A stretch of DNA of 64,000 nt from an uncultured cyanobacterium (GCA_963703315.1 OY969811.1:3328001-3392000); one strand, 5' to 3'; positions 11,654 to 22,375 are shown, counted from the first letter of the stretch. Translations and numbers: made by a program. The notes: generated by a model not told the origin, from the sequence alone.

Positions 11654-12502
11654 CTACTTTTTGATCGGCGCGATCGCCTCTTGGCTAATTTGACAAATTT
11701 TGCGATGGCAATGACCATTACTAGCAACAATCGTTCCCCATTGTCGCAATTCCAGATTGTTATAGGACAGCAAAGACAAATCAGCATGGCTAAGTTGTCC
11801 CCCTGCCTCAGTCAAAATAATTTCAGGAGCGCAATAGTCCCAGTCCTTAGGAGCAGATTTTCCTGAGACCGAGATATAGACATCGGCATTGCCCGAAGCG
11901 ATCGCTGCAAATTTACCACCAATACTACCGACCGCAATTTCGGCGGCTTTTGGCAACTGTTGGAGAATACTTTCGAGTTGGTGATTGCGATGGCTCCGAC
12001 TGGCTACGACGACCATCTGATCAAGTTCGATTTTATTGGAAACCTGAATGCGTTGTTGCACACCATTTCGAGTTTCAATATAGGCTCCGTTACCTAAAAT
12101 CCCCTGAAATAGGCGGTCTTGAGCAGGGGTTGCCACTAGCCCAAGCACAGGACGTTGGCGATAGCTCAAACCAATATGGACAGCAAACTCATTGGTGCGC
12201 CGAATAAAGTCACTTGTGCCATCCATCGGATCGATGATCCAGACCCATTCATGCTCAAGGCGATCAATATTATCTTCAGTTTCTTCACTGAGATACGCAA
12301 AGTTTTCTGTGCCAAACGATTCCTTTAAATGACTCAAGATAAAATCATTGGCAGCCAAATCTGCGGATGTGACGTTGCCCTCTTCACCACCCTTAAACGT
12401 GATTTCTAAATCTTGCGGCTCTTGATAGTACTTCATCAAAATATCGCCAGCCCCCCAAGCAATCGGGCGGACGAGTGACATAATTTCGTTTAAATTCAGC
12501 AT
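11654..12502 (-). CDS. 3'(2'),5'-bisphosphate nucleotidase CysQ / inositol monophosphatase family
   Basis: VTSAD, LSEE, WIIDPMDGT, WDYCAP motifs. Confidence 0.9.
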   Translation of the reverse strand: MLNLNEIMSLVRPIAWGAGDILMKYYQEPQDLEITFKGGEEGNVTSADLAANDFILSHLKESFGTENFAYLSEETEDNIDRLEHEWVWIIDPMDGTSDFIRRTNEFAVHIGLSYRQRPVLGLVATPAQDRLFQGILGNGAYIETRNGVQQRIQVSNKIELDQMVVVASRSHRNHQLESILQQLPKAAEIAVGSIGGKFAAIASGNADVYISVSGKSAPKDWDYCAPEIILTEAGGQLSHADLSLLSYNNLELRQWGTIVASNGHCHRKICQISQEAIAPIKK

Positions 12503-12601
12503 CTTGAATTTTGGTGAAGCTAATGATTTGTACTATACCGTAATTTCTCCTCCCCAAAACCAAAAAGAGAGTGGCGGCACTTCGCGCCGCCACTCTCGAA
12601 C

Positions 12602-13267
12602 CTACTTCGCGATCGCTATATCTGGCTCAGAACTAATTTCAGGAGCAGGCAAAACTAAGCGATCGCTACACATCGACCGTAATTTATCCACAAAAATAGA
12701 TGTTTCCGCTAACAAAGTCATGTTTTCGTAAGCAGAGCGATAGGCTTCTGAATATTCAGTTTTTAAATCAGCTTTTAAATTAGTTGGATAATGCTGAGTG
12801 GGTGTAGTTGTACCTGAAGGATTAGCCACAAGACTAGGGTATTTCTGAGGTTTTGCAGGTTCGGGAGCAATTTTCACACCTGCGATCGTGGAACGACGCG
12901 GAAATGGGAGAGGTGAAGTAGAATTCTTTTCTGGAGCAAAGGGTGCAATTTCAGTGATAGAAGCTTCGCGAGTAGAAGTACGTGGAGGCGTGTAATAAAT
13001 TCTATCTTCATAAATCACAGCAACGTCACCACAGACTAAACGCTCAAATTCCCGATTGTAGCGACAGTTTGGCTCACCCTTGCGTTCCCATAAATGCAAA
13101 ATTTGATTAACCGAAACCGCTTTATATCTTCCTTGAAACAGCGATTCGATTACAGCTTGGCGTACCCATTCTGGTTTAAAGTGATCCCATGTCCGAGTTA
13201 AATCCTTGATGGTATAGCCACCAAGATCAAAACTGTAATGTTGTAAGAGGGCGATCGCAATGTCCAT
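12602..13267 (-). CDS. Conserved cyanobacterial hypothetical protein
   Basis: LLQHYSFDL...WVRQAVIESLFQGRYKAVSVNQIL N-terminal domain plus low-complexity tail. Confidence 0.7.
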   Translation of the reverse strand: MDIAIALLQHYSFDLGGYTIKDLTRTWDHFKPEWVRQAVIESLFQGRYKAVSVNQILHLWERKGEPNCRYNREFERLVCGDVAVIYEDRIYYTPPRTSTREASITEIAPFAPEKNSTSPLPFPRRSTIAGVKIAPEPAKPQKYPSLVANPSGTTTPTQHYPTNLKADLKTEYSEAYRSAYENMTLLAETSIFVDKLRSMCSDRLVLPAPEISSEPDIAIAK

Positions 13268-13354
13268 AAGGGCGACGTTGGCTCAAATTATGTATCACCA
13301 TTTTACATTAAAAACCCAAAATTCAAGGTATAGGTTTCACATATATCTTAAATT

Positions 13355-14008
13355 TTAGGTTGATATTTGCTGTGAAAACCAAATTGCAGCTTCAGTATTA
13401 GTTTTGGTAGCAAGCATTTCCATCGTTTGCTCTAATAAAGCGATCGCTAAATTTGGCAAGACCTGAGAAACCTCGCATTGTTGATAAACTCCCGCTTCAT
13501 CTAAGCGAAATGCAAATAATCGATAAGCACGGACATCAATTACCCAATATTCAGAAATTCCTAGATCTGCATAAAGCCGCTTCTTTTCATCTAAATCGAT
13601 CGCTAAAGTCGTATCCGAAATTTCACCAACGAGATCAGGCGATCGCCACTGTTCTAAATTAATAAATCGCGATTGTCCAGCCTTCCATATCGGTGTATCG
13701 TCACCAACATACACAACAATATCTGGAGCTACTGAACGGTTGCCTTTTTTTTCCATCTGGCAACCCCCAAATGTATTTAATTTGATGTCAGGAAATTTTG
13801 CTGCCCAAAAAACCAAAATCATCGCAAACAGATCGCAAAATTTAGCGTGATTAATTCCTTCCGCACCCATTTCTACCCACAATTTTTGGTTGTCAAAAAA
13901 TAATTTATAGCGATCGCCATCATCTCGCAGCGCTACATAATCATCCCAAGTCGCTTGCTGCCATTGCTGCTTCGGTCTTATTGCAACAACCATATATTTA
14001 TCCCTCAC
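13355..14008 (-). CDS. Uma2 family (PD-(D/E)xK-like) endonuclease
   Basis: APD..., PDLVGEISDTTL..D..EKK.LY..LGI.EYWVID; the true start may be the ATG at about 13993. Confidence 0.9.
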   Translation of the reverse strand: MRDKYMVVAIRPKQQWQQATWDDYVALRDDGDRYKLFFDNQKLWVEMGAEGINHAKFCDLFAMILVFWAAKFPDIKLNTFGGCQMEKKGNRSVAPDIVVYVGDDTPIWKAGQSRFINLEQWRSPDLVGEISDTTLAIDLDEKKRLYADLGISEYWVIDVRAYRLFAFRLDEAGVYQQCEVSQVLPNLAIALLEQTMEMLATKTNTEAAIWFSQQIST

Positions 14009-14229
14009 GACATATAGAAATTATATATAGCAAAAAAAGAGTTAGCTAGAACCAGAAGATGAGTGGCGGCGCGAAGCGCCGCCACTCATCCTCTGGTTTT
14101 TTGCTATAGCTTGCTTAATAGAGTAAGGGAGCGCTTCCGCGCTCCCTTACTCTATTTATGAAAAAACAGGCTAGTCAAAGATATGACCAGCCTGTTAATT
14201 TGCATAGTTAAATCGCAAGATTTCGTACC

Positions 14230-14580
14230 TTACTGCAATACGAGTTTGACATTAGCATTGCTGAGACCAGGACGCTTCACTTCAGTCAGAGCCTTGTTCA
14301 CCGCATACTTTTGGTTGATCGAATTGATCAGTTCAGTCTGATTGTGCTTTTTAGCAACACCCCAGAGATCAGCAATCAAGTCAAAAGAACCGTCAGCATT
14401 CCGTGACCAACCAAGATCATAGTCACCCTCAAGAGTTGCTACAATGTCGGCACGAATGCGTTGGCTGTTATAGCCGCGAACATCAGCTTCAGTATTAACG
14501 CTAATACCCAGATCGCGCAAAGACGACTTGAGGACTTCGGCATCAGTAATTTTTGTGCGAAGAGTGCTGAAATGAGACAT
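14230..14580 (-). CDS. DUF1257 / Ycf35 family protein (Slr0376-like)
   Basis: MSHFSTLRTKITD, YDLGWSRNADGSFDLIADLWG. Confidence 0.9.
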   Translation of the reverse strand: MSHFSTLRTKITDAEVLKSSLRDLGISVNTEADVRGYNSQRIRADIVATLEGDYDLGWSRNADGSFDLIADLWGVAKKHNQTELINSINQKYAVNKALTEVKRPGLSNANVKLVLQ

Positions 14581-14755
14581 AATAGTTTTGCTCCTGTGAA
14601 TAATTGTGAACGCAATTGTTAACTGAAACGGGACACATAAGAGTGTTGGGTGGTTCCTGCTCCTATGTTAGCTGCTAGCCTAGAGATATCTTAGGAAGAC
14701 ATTCTTTAGAATCTAGCCTTACCTCTGCTGCCTGCAAAACAGCAGAATAAGCTTT

Positions 14756-16303
14756 TCAAAACTCCATACGCTGATATTCAGCGACCGAAGTTGCGGCGGG
14801 TCTAGCCCGCATCCTTGCCCAGTCACGCAAAGCAGCAACCTGCTCAGTCATCGTGCGTGAGAGGGGAGTTGTTGATTTCACAGCCGAAATGATATCTAGC
14901 TGTGTAAACTCCCGATCTTGGGCAAAAGCTTCATACATCGCGGCAATTACCGCTTGTTCGATCTCCGCCCCCGAGAAACCATCGCTTACCTTCGATAGTT
15001 GCTCAAGATCAAACCTGTCTAAATCTGGACGACGCTTCCGTAGATGGATCTGGAAGATGTCTCTGCGCTCTTCACCATTAGGCAAATCAACGAAAAACAG
15101 TTCGTCAAAGCGACCTTTGCGTAAGAACTCCCCTGGAAGCTTTTCGATACGGTTGGCAGTTGCCATTACAAATACAGGCGATTTTTTCTCCTGCATCCAT
15201 GTGAGGAATGTGCCAAAAATTCTTGATGATGTACCACCATCAGAATCTGCCGAACCTGCTCCACCCGCAAAGGCTTTGTCTAGCTCATCAATAAATAGGA
15301 TCATTGGTGAAATTGACTCAGCCACCTTGAGAGCATTTCGCAAGTTTGCCTCAGACTTGCCAACAGTTGAGCCATCATAGACACGCCCCATATCGAGGCG
15401 AATCAAGGGTAATGACCAAAGCCTAGCTGTTGTCTTGGCAATTAGGGACTTTCCACAACCAGGCACACCAAGAATTAGCATTCCTTTTGGTTGCGGTAAT
15501 CCATAATTTCTAGCGCGTTGACTAAAAGCATTCGATCGCTGTTGCAACCAATGTTTTAGCTCCTCGAGTCCCCCCACTGCGTCTAAATCTTCTTCATCCT
15601 CAATATATTCGAGGATACCGTTGCGGCGAATTAGTTGCTGCTTCTCTGAAAGCACAATGTCAACTTCTTCTTCTGTCAATTTACCCTTGGTAACTTGGGC
15701 TTTGCGATAAACTTTCTCAGCTTCATCTTGGGTTAACCCTAGAGTTGCTCGAACTAATTTTTCGCGAGTTTCGGCTGATATCTTTTTAGTGCGGACTTGT
15801 CCAAGTTGTTGGTCAAGTACCTCTTCGATCGCCTTAATATCTGGCAGAGGAAAATCAAGTACAACGATTTCTTTCTCTAATTCCACAGGGATCTCTTGGA
15901 CAGGTGACATCAAAATGATGGTTTTTTGAGTACCTTTAAAGTTAGCCACTGCATCACGTAGACAACGAACTGTCACTGCATGATCAAAGAAAGGATGCGC
16001 GTCTTTAAAAATGTAAATAGCAGGCTCTTTCTGATCAGCGCGGATTACCCATTGTAGAGCCGCTTGAATGGACTCAGTATTATGCTGGGATGCTCCTGTA
16101 GTTTGACCATACTCAATAATTCCGCGAGTTACAGTCCATGTGAACACACGCCGCGTTGGCTTTAATTGAGAGATAGTAGCGATCGCCCGTTCTGCTCTTT
16201 CTTCCTCTGGGGTGTTGAGGTAGATCAAGGGATATTGGGCTTGAATTAAAATGCTAAGTTGTTCTTGCATATACTCTACAGAGGCTTTAGCCTCCATCCT
16301 CAC
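14756..16303 (-). CDS. ycf46: Ycf46-family AAA+ ATPase (Slr0374-like)
   Basis: GVPGCGKS Walker A, LFIDELDK Walker B, LRKGRFDE; start may be MQEQL at about 16270. Confidence 0.9.
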   Translation of the reverse strand: MRMEAKASVEYMQEQLSILIQAQYPLIYLNTPEEERAERAIATISQLKPTRRVFTWTVTRGIIEYGQTTGASQHNTESIQAALQWVIRADQKEPAIYIFKDAHPFFDHAVTVRCLRDAVANFKGTQKTIILMSPVQEIPVELEKEIVVLDFPLPDIKAIEEVLDQQLGQVRTKKISAETREKLVRATLGLTQDEAEKVYRKAQVTKGKLTEEEVDIVLSEKQQLIRRNGILEYIEDEEDLDAVGGLEELKHWLQQRSNAFSQRARNYGLPQPKGMLILGVPGCGKSLIAKTTARLWSLPLIRLDMGRVYDGSTVGKSEANLRNALKVAESISPMILFIDELDKAFAGGAGSADSDGGTSSRIFGTFLTWMQEKKSPVFVMATANRIEKLPGEFLRKGRFDELFFVDLPNGEERRDIFQIHLRKRRPDLDRFDLEQLSKVSDGFSGAEIEQAVIAAMYEAFAQDREFTQLDIISAVKSTTPLSRTMTEQVAALRDWARMRARPAATSVAEYQRMEF

Positions 16304-16343
16304 CTTGTCTACAGAAAAATGTCTAGGAAATTTTCAAATTCAG

Positions 16344-16679
16344 TTAACTAACTGGAATTAGTTCTTCATCTGCATTGTCAGCTTTAGCGCCAACAGTAAC
16401 AGGTAAAGTCTGAGTACGATTGCCCCCGATCGCTAGCAAATCACCATTACGGATTACAACAGTCTGAGAACAGCTTGGACAGTTATAAGTCTGATGAGTA
16501 TGCCCGACACCTGAAGATTCCACAATGTCAGCGTGAGCAAGGTAAAAGCTGATTGCCTTTTCTGCTAAGTCTGACATCGAATCACCATCAATAGCAGAAC
16601 GAATCTTAAGCTGCTGATGTAGTCGTTCGGGGAGATAAAAAGTTACCTTTTGCTTGTCTTGCATAGTGGTTAAGAACAT
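16344..16679 (-). CDS. Ribbon-helix-helix-like protein with CxxC (Slr0373-like), first gene of the ycf46 operon
   Basis: KQKVTFYLPERLHQQLKIRSA...; CPSC; gene order RHH - AAA - DUF1257. Confidence 0.75.
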   Translation of the reverse strand: MFLTTMQDKQKVTFYLPERLHQQLKIRSAIDGDSMSDLAEKAISFYLAHADIVESSGVGHTHQTYNCPSCSQTVVIRNGDLLAIGGNRTQTLPVTVGAKADNADEELIPVS

Positions 16680-17062
16680 TGAATACCCGGGTATGAAATT
16701 AAAGTTACAGGTAGAACCCTATACTGTCAAGACGCTATGCCGTCATGACAGTAACATCTTAATATTTCTTAATAAAATTCAAAAAGAGTGTGATGACGAC
16801 AAGCACCATCACACTCTTGCTATTCCAATAATTAGGCGTGCGCGGCGAAGCCGCGCACGCCTAATTATTGGAGGAGGAACAAAGCTAGGACTAACTGAGT
16901 CTTAACACCTAACGAGATTCAAATAATATCTTTAACTTCTCTGCTTCTATCTGTAAACTTTGATATTGCCTAATTTTAAATTTTATGCAAATAGCGCAGT
17001 TATCAACTTTTAGTTAGAGCAATCCCGAAATAAGGCATTTCACATAACGCATCTAATGCTAC

Positions 17063-17554
17063 ATGGAGTCAGGTATGGACGTTTCTAAAATTGGTAATCT
17101 AAGTTGGGGAACCTTGACTAGCGTTGCTGTAGCTTTGGCGATCGCTTCTCCTAGTTTTGCTCAAAGTGCAATTTCTCTAGGGCGCAATTTTCGACCTGAT
17201 CCTGCAACGATGACTGGAAATGGTGGGGGATCTACCAGCCTTGCTAGTATTTCAGGAATTGCTGATAATTGTCGTGGTTTCGCTAACGCTGCACCAAACC
17301 ACACCATTACTTTAACCGAGACTTTTCCCTTGATGGATTTGTTGGTTTATACCAGTAACGTCAATGATGACCCCACTATGTTGGTTAAAGGTCCTAACGG
17401 TATTGTGATTTGTGCTGATGATGAATCAGGCGGACGCAACCCCCAAGCCAATCGACGATTGCCTAAGGGTATTTATCAAGTTTGGATCGGTTCTAAAACC
17501 GTTAATCAATCTTTTGTTTACACATTGTCTTTGAGTGAAATACGTCAGAAATGA
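17063..17554 (+). CDS. Secreted hypothetical protein (PPC-like beta-sandwich)
   Basis: Signal peptide ending AFA/SFA-Q; CRGFA..PNH, DPTMLVKGP..CADD, G.YQVWIG. Confidence 0.7.
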   Translation: MESGMDVSKIGNLSWGTLTSVAVALAIASPSFAQSAISLGRNFRPDPATMTGNGGGSTSLASISGIADNCRGFANAAPNHTITLTETFPLMDLLVYTSNVNDDPTMLVKGPNGIVICADDESGGRNPQANRRLPKGIYQVWIGSKTVNQSFVYTLSLSEIRQK

Positions 17555-17997
17555 AACTTTTGAAACTAACGTCTAATTTACTAGGCTTCGCTTTGCTCCC
17601 GTTGCTATCTGTAGTTCCTGCAATGAGTCAAGAAGTCTTAAAACCCATTGCACCCAAATTTACGCCTGATCCACAGGTTTATGTTGGGAAGGCAGGGGGA
17701 GATGTGCCTGTAAAATCTCTTGCTAGTGGCGCTAATGGGCAATGTCAAGGTTTAGCTGAGCAAAAACCAAACCATGCTCTAACATTGCAGAAAAATTTTG
17801 GTCTGTTAAGTCTGAAGGTGTCAGGTAATTCCAATCTATCTTTATTAGTTAAAGGTCCTGATGGGAGTTATTGTCGCAGTGGTCAAGATCCTCAGCTTTC
17901 GGGGGCTTGGGTTTCGGGGGATTATGAAATTTGGGTAGGTACACCGAATGGCGATCGCATCGATTATCGACTATCAATTAGTGAAACAAGTCAGTAG
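17551..17997 (+). CDS. Secreted hypothetical protein, tandem paralog of the previous gene
   Basis: ATGA overlap; shares F.PDP, CQG..PNH, LLVKGP, G.YEIWVG. Confidence 0.7.
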   Translation: MKLLKLTSNLLGFALLPLLSVVPAMSQEVLKPIAPKFTPDPQVYVGKAGGDVPVKSLASGANGQCQGLAEQKPNHALTLQKNFGLLSLKVSGNSNLSLLVKGPDGSYCRSGQDPQLSGAWVSGDYEIWVGTPNGDRIDYRLSISETSQ

Positions 17998-18183
17998 TGA
18001 AAAGGAGCGCGAAGCGCTCCTTTTCACTTCTAATAAAGAAAGGCGGCGCTTTGCGCCGCCTTTCTTTAAAATAACCTGACATTGCTCTTAGGTCTCAGTG
18101 TTAGGCAATACATGGTATTTGTGACTGGATCTTTCACAATTAGGACGTGTGGTTTTTCCTAAGAGTGATGAATTATAAGGACA

Positions 18184-20526
18184 ATGCGTAAAATATCAGT
18201 ATCCGAGATTGTAAGACCTTGTTATCTATCATTAGCCTTTGTCTGCATAAGCATCGGAAGTGTTACCGAAGCGTTTAGCCAAACGAATCCATTCCCGTTA
18301 GATGCTCAAATTAGATATAACGGTCGTGGAGCAGGAGTTGATAGCAATACCAGTGTTGAATTACGTATTCCACTCAATCAAACTCCAGACAACTTTTTTT
18401 ATGTCGCGCCTCAAGTTCGGGTTTTTAACAATGGCAAGATTGGCTCTAATTTAATTGTGGGCTATCGATCGCTTAATGAAGCAGCCAAACATATTCTGGG
18501 GGGCTATATTGCCTACGACAACCGTGATACGGGGGCGCGTTTTTTTCAACAGGTTTCCGCAGGGCTAGAATTTTTTGCTGAGGCATTTGACTTGCGGCTG
18601 AATGCGTATATGCCCGTTGGTCAGAGTACCGTGCAGTTAGGCGAGACCTTACTGGGTACAGGTAGATTTATTGGTAATCAGTTTGGACTTGATCGCGATC
18701 GCCGTATTGATGCGGCTATGGGTGGAGTGGATGTCGAAGCTGGCACAATCTTCACCATCGAAGGACTCGATGGCTATTTGCGTCCCTACGCAGGTACATA
18801 TTTCTATACGGCGGAAAATAGCGCTGGGGCGTTAGGGATTCGGGGTGGACTTGGATATTATGGCAGTCTAATTAATGCGGGCATTTCGGTTCAGAATGAC
18901 CGCGTTTTCGGCACAAGTATTCTTTTTAATATTGGCGTAAATATTGGCAATCGTCCTTCATCGAAGCCCCCAACTTTGTTGGAACGCATGAATGAGTCGG
19001 TGGCGCGAAATAGCTCAGTCATGATCGAGAATCAAGTTGTCCGCGATCAAGTAATCGCGATTAATCCTGCTACAGGTCGTCCCTACAGCTTCTTTATTGT
19101 CGCTGATAATACTTCAGGTTTAGCAGGCAATCCCAATGTCGTAAGTTATGCCAACTTTGCAACTGCGGTAGCGAATGCAGGGACTGCTGGTGCAGATGGC
19201 ATCGTGTTTGCATACGCACCAGCAGGTTCGGCGGCTCCAATTTTAGGCGGCTTTACGATTCCTGATCAAGTGCGGGTAATTTCTAGCGCACCAGCGACGA
19301 TTAATCTTGCTGCTCTTGTTGGCGGCACAACCTTCACGAGTCTACCGTTGCCTTCTAATACTGGCGTTTTCCCAGTTATTACCGAGACGGTGACCTTGGC
19401 AACGGGTGGTACGAATCAAGCGTTGATTGGTTTTGCGATTAATAAAAATGTGGCAACCAGTGCAGGTGCAGGGATTATCGGCAACAATAATATCAATCCG
19501 ACGATCGCTTCTAATATCGTCACGATCACGGCTCCATCGACTACGGGTGTCGGGACTTCAGGGCGCGGGATTGTGTTGATTGGTGCTAGTGGCAATACCA
19601 ATGTTTTGAATAACCAAGTTAACAATGCGATCGCCGAAGGGATTCGTCTGGATAATGTCAGTGGCACTGCCGTGATTTCGGGCAACACGGTGGTGAATAC
19701 GATCCAGCCTAATGTGCAGACCAATGTAGAAGCGGGTATTCTCGTTCGTAACAATAGAGGCAATGTCGATCTGACGATCGCCAACAACATCGTTAGAGAT
19801 AACACCGCCACCGCAGGTGTTGTCGAGATCGACGGTATTGAGTTCAGCCTCTGTCGTGTCTATGCTGATTTACCCGCTTGTACTGCGACTGCTACAGCAA
19901 CTGTAAATATCACGGGCAACACGGTACGAAATATTACAGGCGCTCTCGATGGTGCTGATGGTATTGATATCAATCTGGGTAATTTTGCCAATGCCACTGT
20001 AAATATTACGAACAATACCCTCAACAATATTGTGAATAAGGGCATTAGCTTTGGTGCTGTTAATGGCGCGATCGCTACCACCACGATCGCCAATAACACA
20101 GTTAGCAATGTTGGTGGCACAGCAATTCAAGTACGTCTAGCCAATCCCGATGATACCCAAGCAGGCTTGCCCAATAATCCCTTAGTGCGAGCAGCAGTGC
20201 TAAACAACAACATTACTAACACCGAAACAGGAACGGCTGACAATGGTTCTATGACTATGCGTACCCAAGGAAATGCTACACTCTGCGTCCGATTTGAGGG
20301 AAATACTCTCAACAATCCCACCGCTGAGTTTGACTACCTTTTCCGTCGCCAAGCGGCAACATCAACCATACAACTAGCAGGATTGACCACTGCGATCTCT
20401 ACTGGCAACCCCAGTGCTGGATTGGTAACTGAGCTAACAGCTAGAGGTAATACAGGTAATGTGAATAGGTACAGAGTCCAAGATAACACTGTACAAGTCC
20501 CCACTGCGGCTTGCACATTTCCTTAA
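18184..20526 (+). CDS. Inverse-autotransporter-like beta-barrel fused to a right-handed beta-helix passenger
   Basis: N-terminal barrel (NLIVGYR, GGYIAYD, QVSAGLE, NAYMPVG); C-terminal Asn/Thr/Ile-rich parallel beta-helix repeats (ISGNTV, IANNIV, ITNNTL). Confidence 0.75.
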   Translation: MRKISVSEIVRPCYLSLAFVCISIGSVTEAFSQTNPFPLDAQIRYNGRGAGVDSNTSVELRIPLNQTPDNFFYVAPQVRVFNNGKIGSNLIVGYRSLNEAAKHILGGYIAYDNRDTGARFFQQVSAGLEFFAEAFDLRLNAYMPVGQSTVQLGETLLGTGRFIGNQFGLDRDRRIDAAMGGVDVEAGTIFTIEGLDGYLRPYAGTYFYTAENSAGALGIRGGLGYYGSLINAGISVQNDRVFGTSILFNIGVNIGNRPSSKPPTLLERMNESVARNSSVMIENQVVRDQVIAINPATGRPYSFFIVADNTSGLAGNPNVVSYANFATAVANAGTAGADGIVFAYAPAGSAAPILGGFTIPDQVRVISSAPATINLAALVGGTTFTSLPLPSNTGVFPVITETVTLATGGTNQALIGFAINKNVATSAGAGIIGNNNINPTIASNIVTITAPSTTGVGTSGRGIVLIGASGNTNVLNNQVNNAIAEGIRLDNVSGTAVISGNTVVNTIQPNVQTNVEAGILVRNNRGNVDLTIANNIVRDNTATAGVVEIDGIEFSLCRVYADLPACTATATATVNITGNTVRNITGALDGADGIDINLGNFANATVNITNNTLNNIVNKGISFGAVNGAIATTTIANNTVSNVGGTAIQVRLANPDDTQAGLPNNPLVRAAVLNNNITNTETGTADNGSMTMRTQGNATLCVRFEGNTLNNPTAEFDYLFRRQAATSTIQLAGLTTAISTGNPSAGLVTELTARGNTGNVNRYRVQDNTVQVPTAACTFP

Positions 20527-20728
20527 GAATTAGAAAGAAAACTCGCTTTGCGAGTTTTCTTATAGTTTGGTGAGTTGCAGCTTATAAAAATGCTATGTGC
20601 ATATTAAAAAAAGAAACCCCACTGTGTAAGGTTTCTTTTTTTAATATGCACCGCCCTGCTTGTAAAAATTGCTGCTGTAGCGATCGCATTCATCATCAAA
20701 AAAGAAACTCTACAAAGTGGGGTTTTCT

Positions 20729-22375
20729 TTATTTGGAAATATTCCAGTAGGGAAGTTGTTGATTAGGTTCGATTTTGACTCCTTCTACTCCCTTTTGAGC
20801 AAAGGCATATTCTTTGTTTTGCCAGAGAGGGATGAATGGTACGTCTTGAGCTAATAGTTCTTGGATTTGTTGCAATAGCTGCGATCGCTTAGTCACATCA
20901 CGTTCTTTGCGCTGATTGGCAATTAGTTCATTCATTTTGGCACTATTATAAAACGAGCCTTGGAATTGACTACCACCTTTTTTGCAGCGATCTCCTTCTG
21001 CCTCTTCACAATCGAGGAAGGGTTTGATGTAGTTATCAGGATCGAGAATGTCGGGAGTCCAGTCTAGCAAATAGCTGGAATAGACACCTTTATCGAGGAA
21101 CGCATAGCCGACAGTATTTTCCACCCGTTCAGTTTTGATTTGGAGGATTTTGCCTACGTTTTTTTGAATTGAGGCGTGCAGTGTACTAGCAATAAGATCG
21201 CCATTACCACCATATTTTGGTGAATACCAGATCGTCACTTGAGCAGGTTTATCGTCAGAATATCCTGCCTCTTGCAGCAGTTGCCGCGCTAATTTGCCAT
21301 TACTTTCTCCATATTTCTGCTCAAATACTGGCTTTGACTCAGGAAAAGCGCTAGGAATGAGGCTATAAAGTGGAGCGCGTTGATTAAAAAATATCCGTGA
21401 GCTGAGGAGAGAGCGATCAATTACGGCGGCAAGGGCTTGGCGCACACGCACGTCATTGAGTGGTGATTGCTGAGTATTTAAAACTAAATAGAGGATAGTT
21501 GCCCCTTGTCCTGAGGCGATCGTCCAGCCATTTTGCTGAGCATTGGTTTCAACATTTTTGACTTGAGTGGGTGTAAGAGTTTGGAATGCGACATCCACTG
21601 CACCTGTTTTAAAGGCATTGAGTAAATTGGAGTTGGAGGAGAAAAACTGAATATCAATACCTTTATTGACAGGCTTTTTGCCCCAATAGTCAGGGAAAGT
21701 ATCAAGACGTAAATAACTACCCTCAACAAACTGGGTAACTTGATAGGGACCAGTACCAACTAATTTATCAGGCAAGAATAAAAGCTGACCTGTTTTTTCG
21801 TCTTTGATGTGTTTGTAAACCTGTGGCGAAATCGCGGCTGCGCCTGTAAAAGCTAAAAATTTGGGAAAAAATTGTAAAGGCTGTTTGAGCTTGAAAACTA
21901 ACTCAGTGTCACTAGGTGCAGAAATCGCTTCGATGACATCAGTCAAAATATAAGCAGGTGTACCTTTGGAATTCATAAATCGTTCCAAAGCAAATTTCAT
22001 CGTATAGGCATTAAAGTTAGTGCGATCGTGATACTTAATGCCTGTACGAACGGTCACATTATAAGTTAAGCCGTCATCACTGACCTTGGGCATATCCGTC
22101 GCCAATTGTGGCACGATTTCGTTAGAGCCTTCTTTGTAGGTATAGAGACGTTCGAGGGTGTTATAAAAAACATTGCTAACAAAAAACTCGTTAGCATCCG
22201 CAGGGTCAAGGGTACGAATTTTGCTGGTCGTTCCTAAAACAATTCGCTCATCGGTGCGATCGCTAATTCCCATTTTACCATTGCTGATTTTGCCATTGGT
22301 ACAACCAAACATGGCAATTGTGATGAATAGAGCGATCACAAACCAAGCCAAAAAGCGACGCAGCAAATATTTCAT
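20729..22375 (-). CDS. ABC transporter substrate-binding lipoprotein, peptide/nickel (family 5)
   Basis: Lipobox-like MFGC, TLDPA, VPQLA, GTGPY, VRQAL, IPLW. Confidence 0.9.
   Translation of the reverse strand: MKYLLRRFLAWFVIALFITIAMFGCTNGKISNGKMGISDRTDERIVLGTTSKIRTLDPADANEFFVSNVFYNTLERLYTYKEGSNEIVPQLATDMPKVSDDGLTYNVTVRTGIKYHDRTNFNAYTMKFALERFMNSKGTPAYILTDVIEAISAPSDTELVFKLKQPLQFFPKFLAFTGAAAISPQVYKHIKDEKTGQLLFLPDKLVGTGPYQVTQFVEGSYLRLDTFPDYWGKKPVNKGIDIQFFSSNSNLLNAFKTGAVDVAFQTLTPTQVKNVETNAQQNGWTIASGQGATILYLVLNTQQSPLNDVRVRQALAAVIDRSLLSSRIFFNQRAPLYSLIPSAFPESKPVFEQKYGESNGKLARQLLQEAGYSDDKPAQVTIWYSPKYGGNGDLIASTLHASIQKNVGKILQIKTERVENTVGYAFLDKGVYSSYLLDWTPDILDPDNYIKPFLDCEEAEGDRCKKGGSQFQGSFYNSAKMNELIANQRKERDVTKRSQLLQQIQELLAQDVPFIPLWQNKEYAFAQKGVEGVKIEPNQQLPYWNISK

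Noticed and set aside
13355..14008. Uma2 endonucleases (also 36457-37188) as a defence system
   Set aside because: A highly expanded, dispersed family in cyanobacteria; no methylase or other partner genes adjacent
18119..18139. TGTGA...TCACA upstream of the autotransporter as a CRP/SyCrp site
   Set aside because: Spacer is 9 nt rather than the canonical 6
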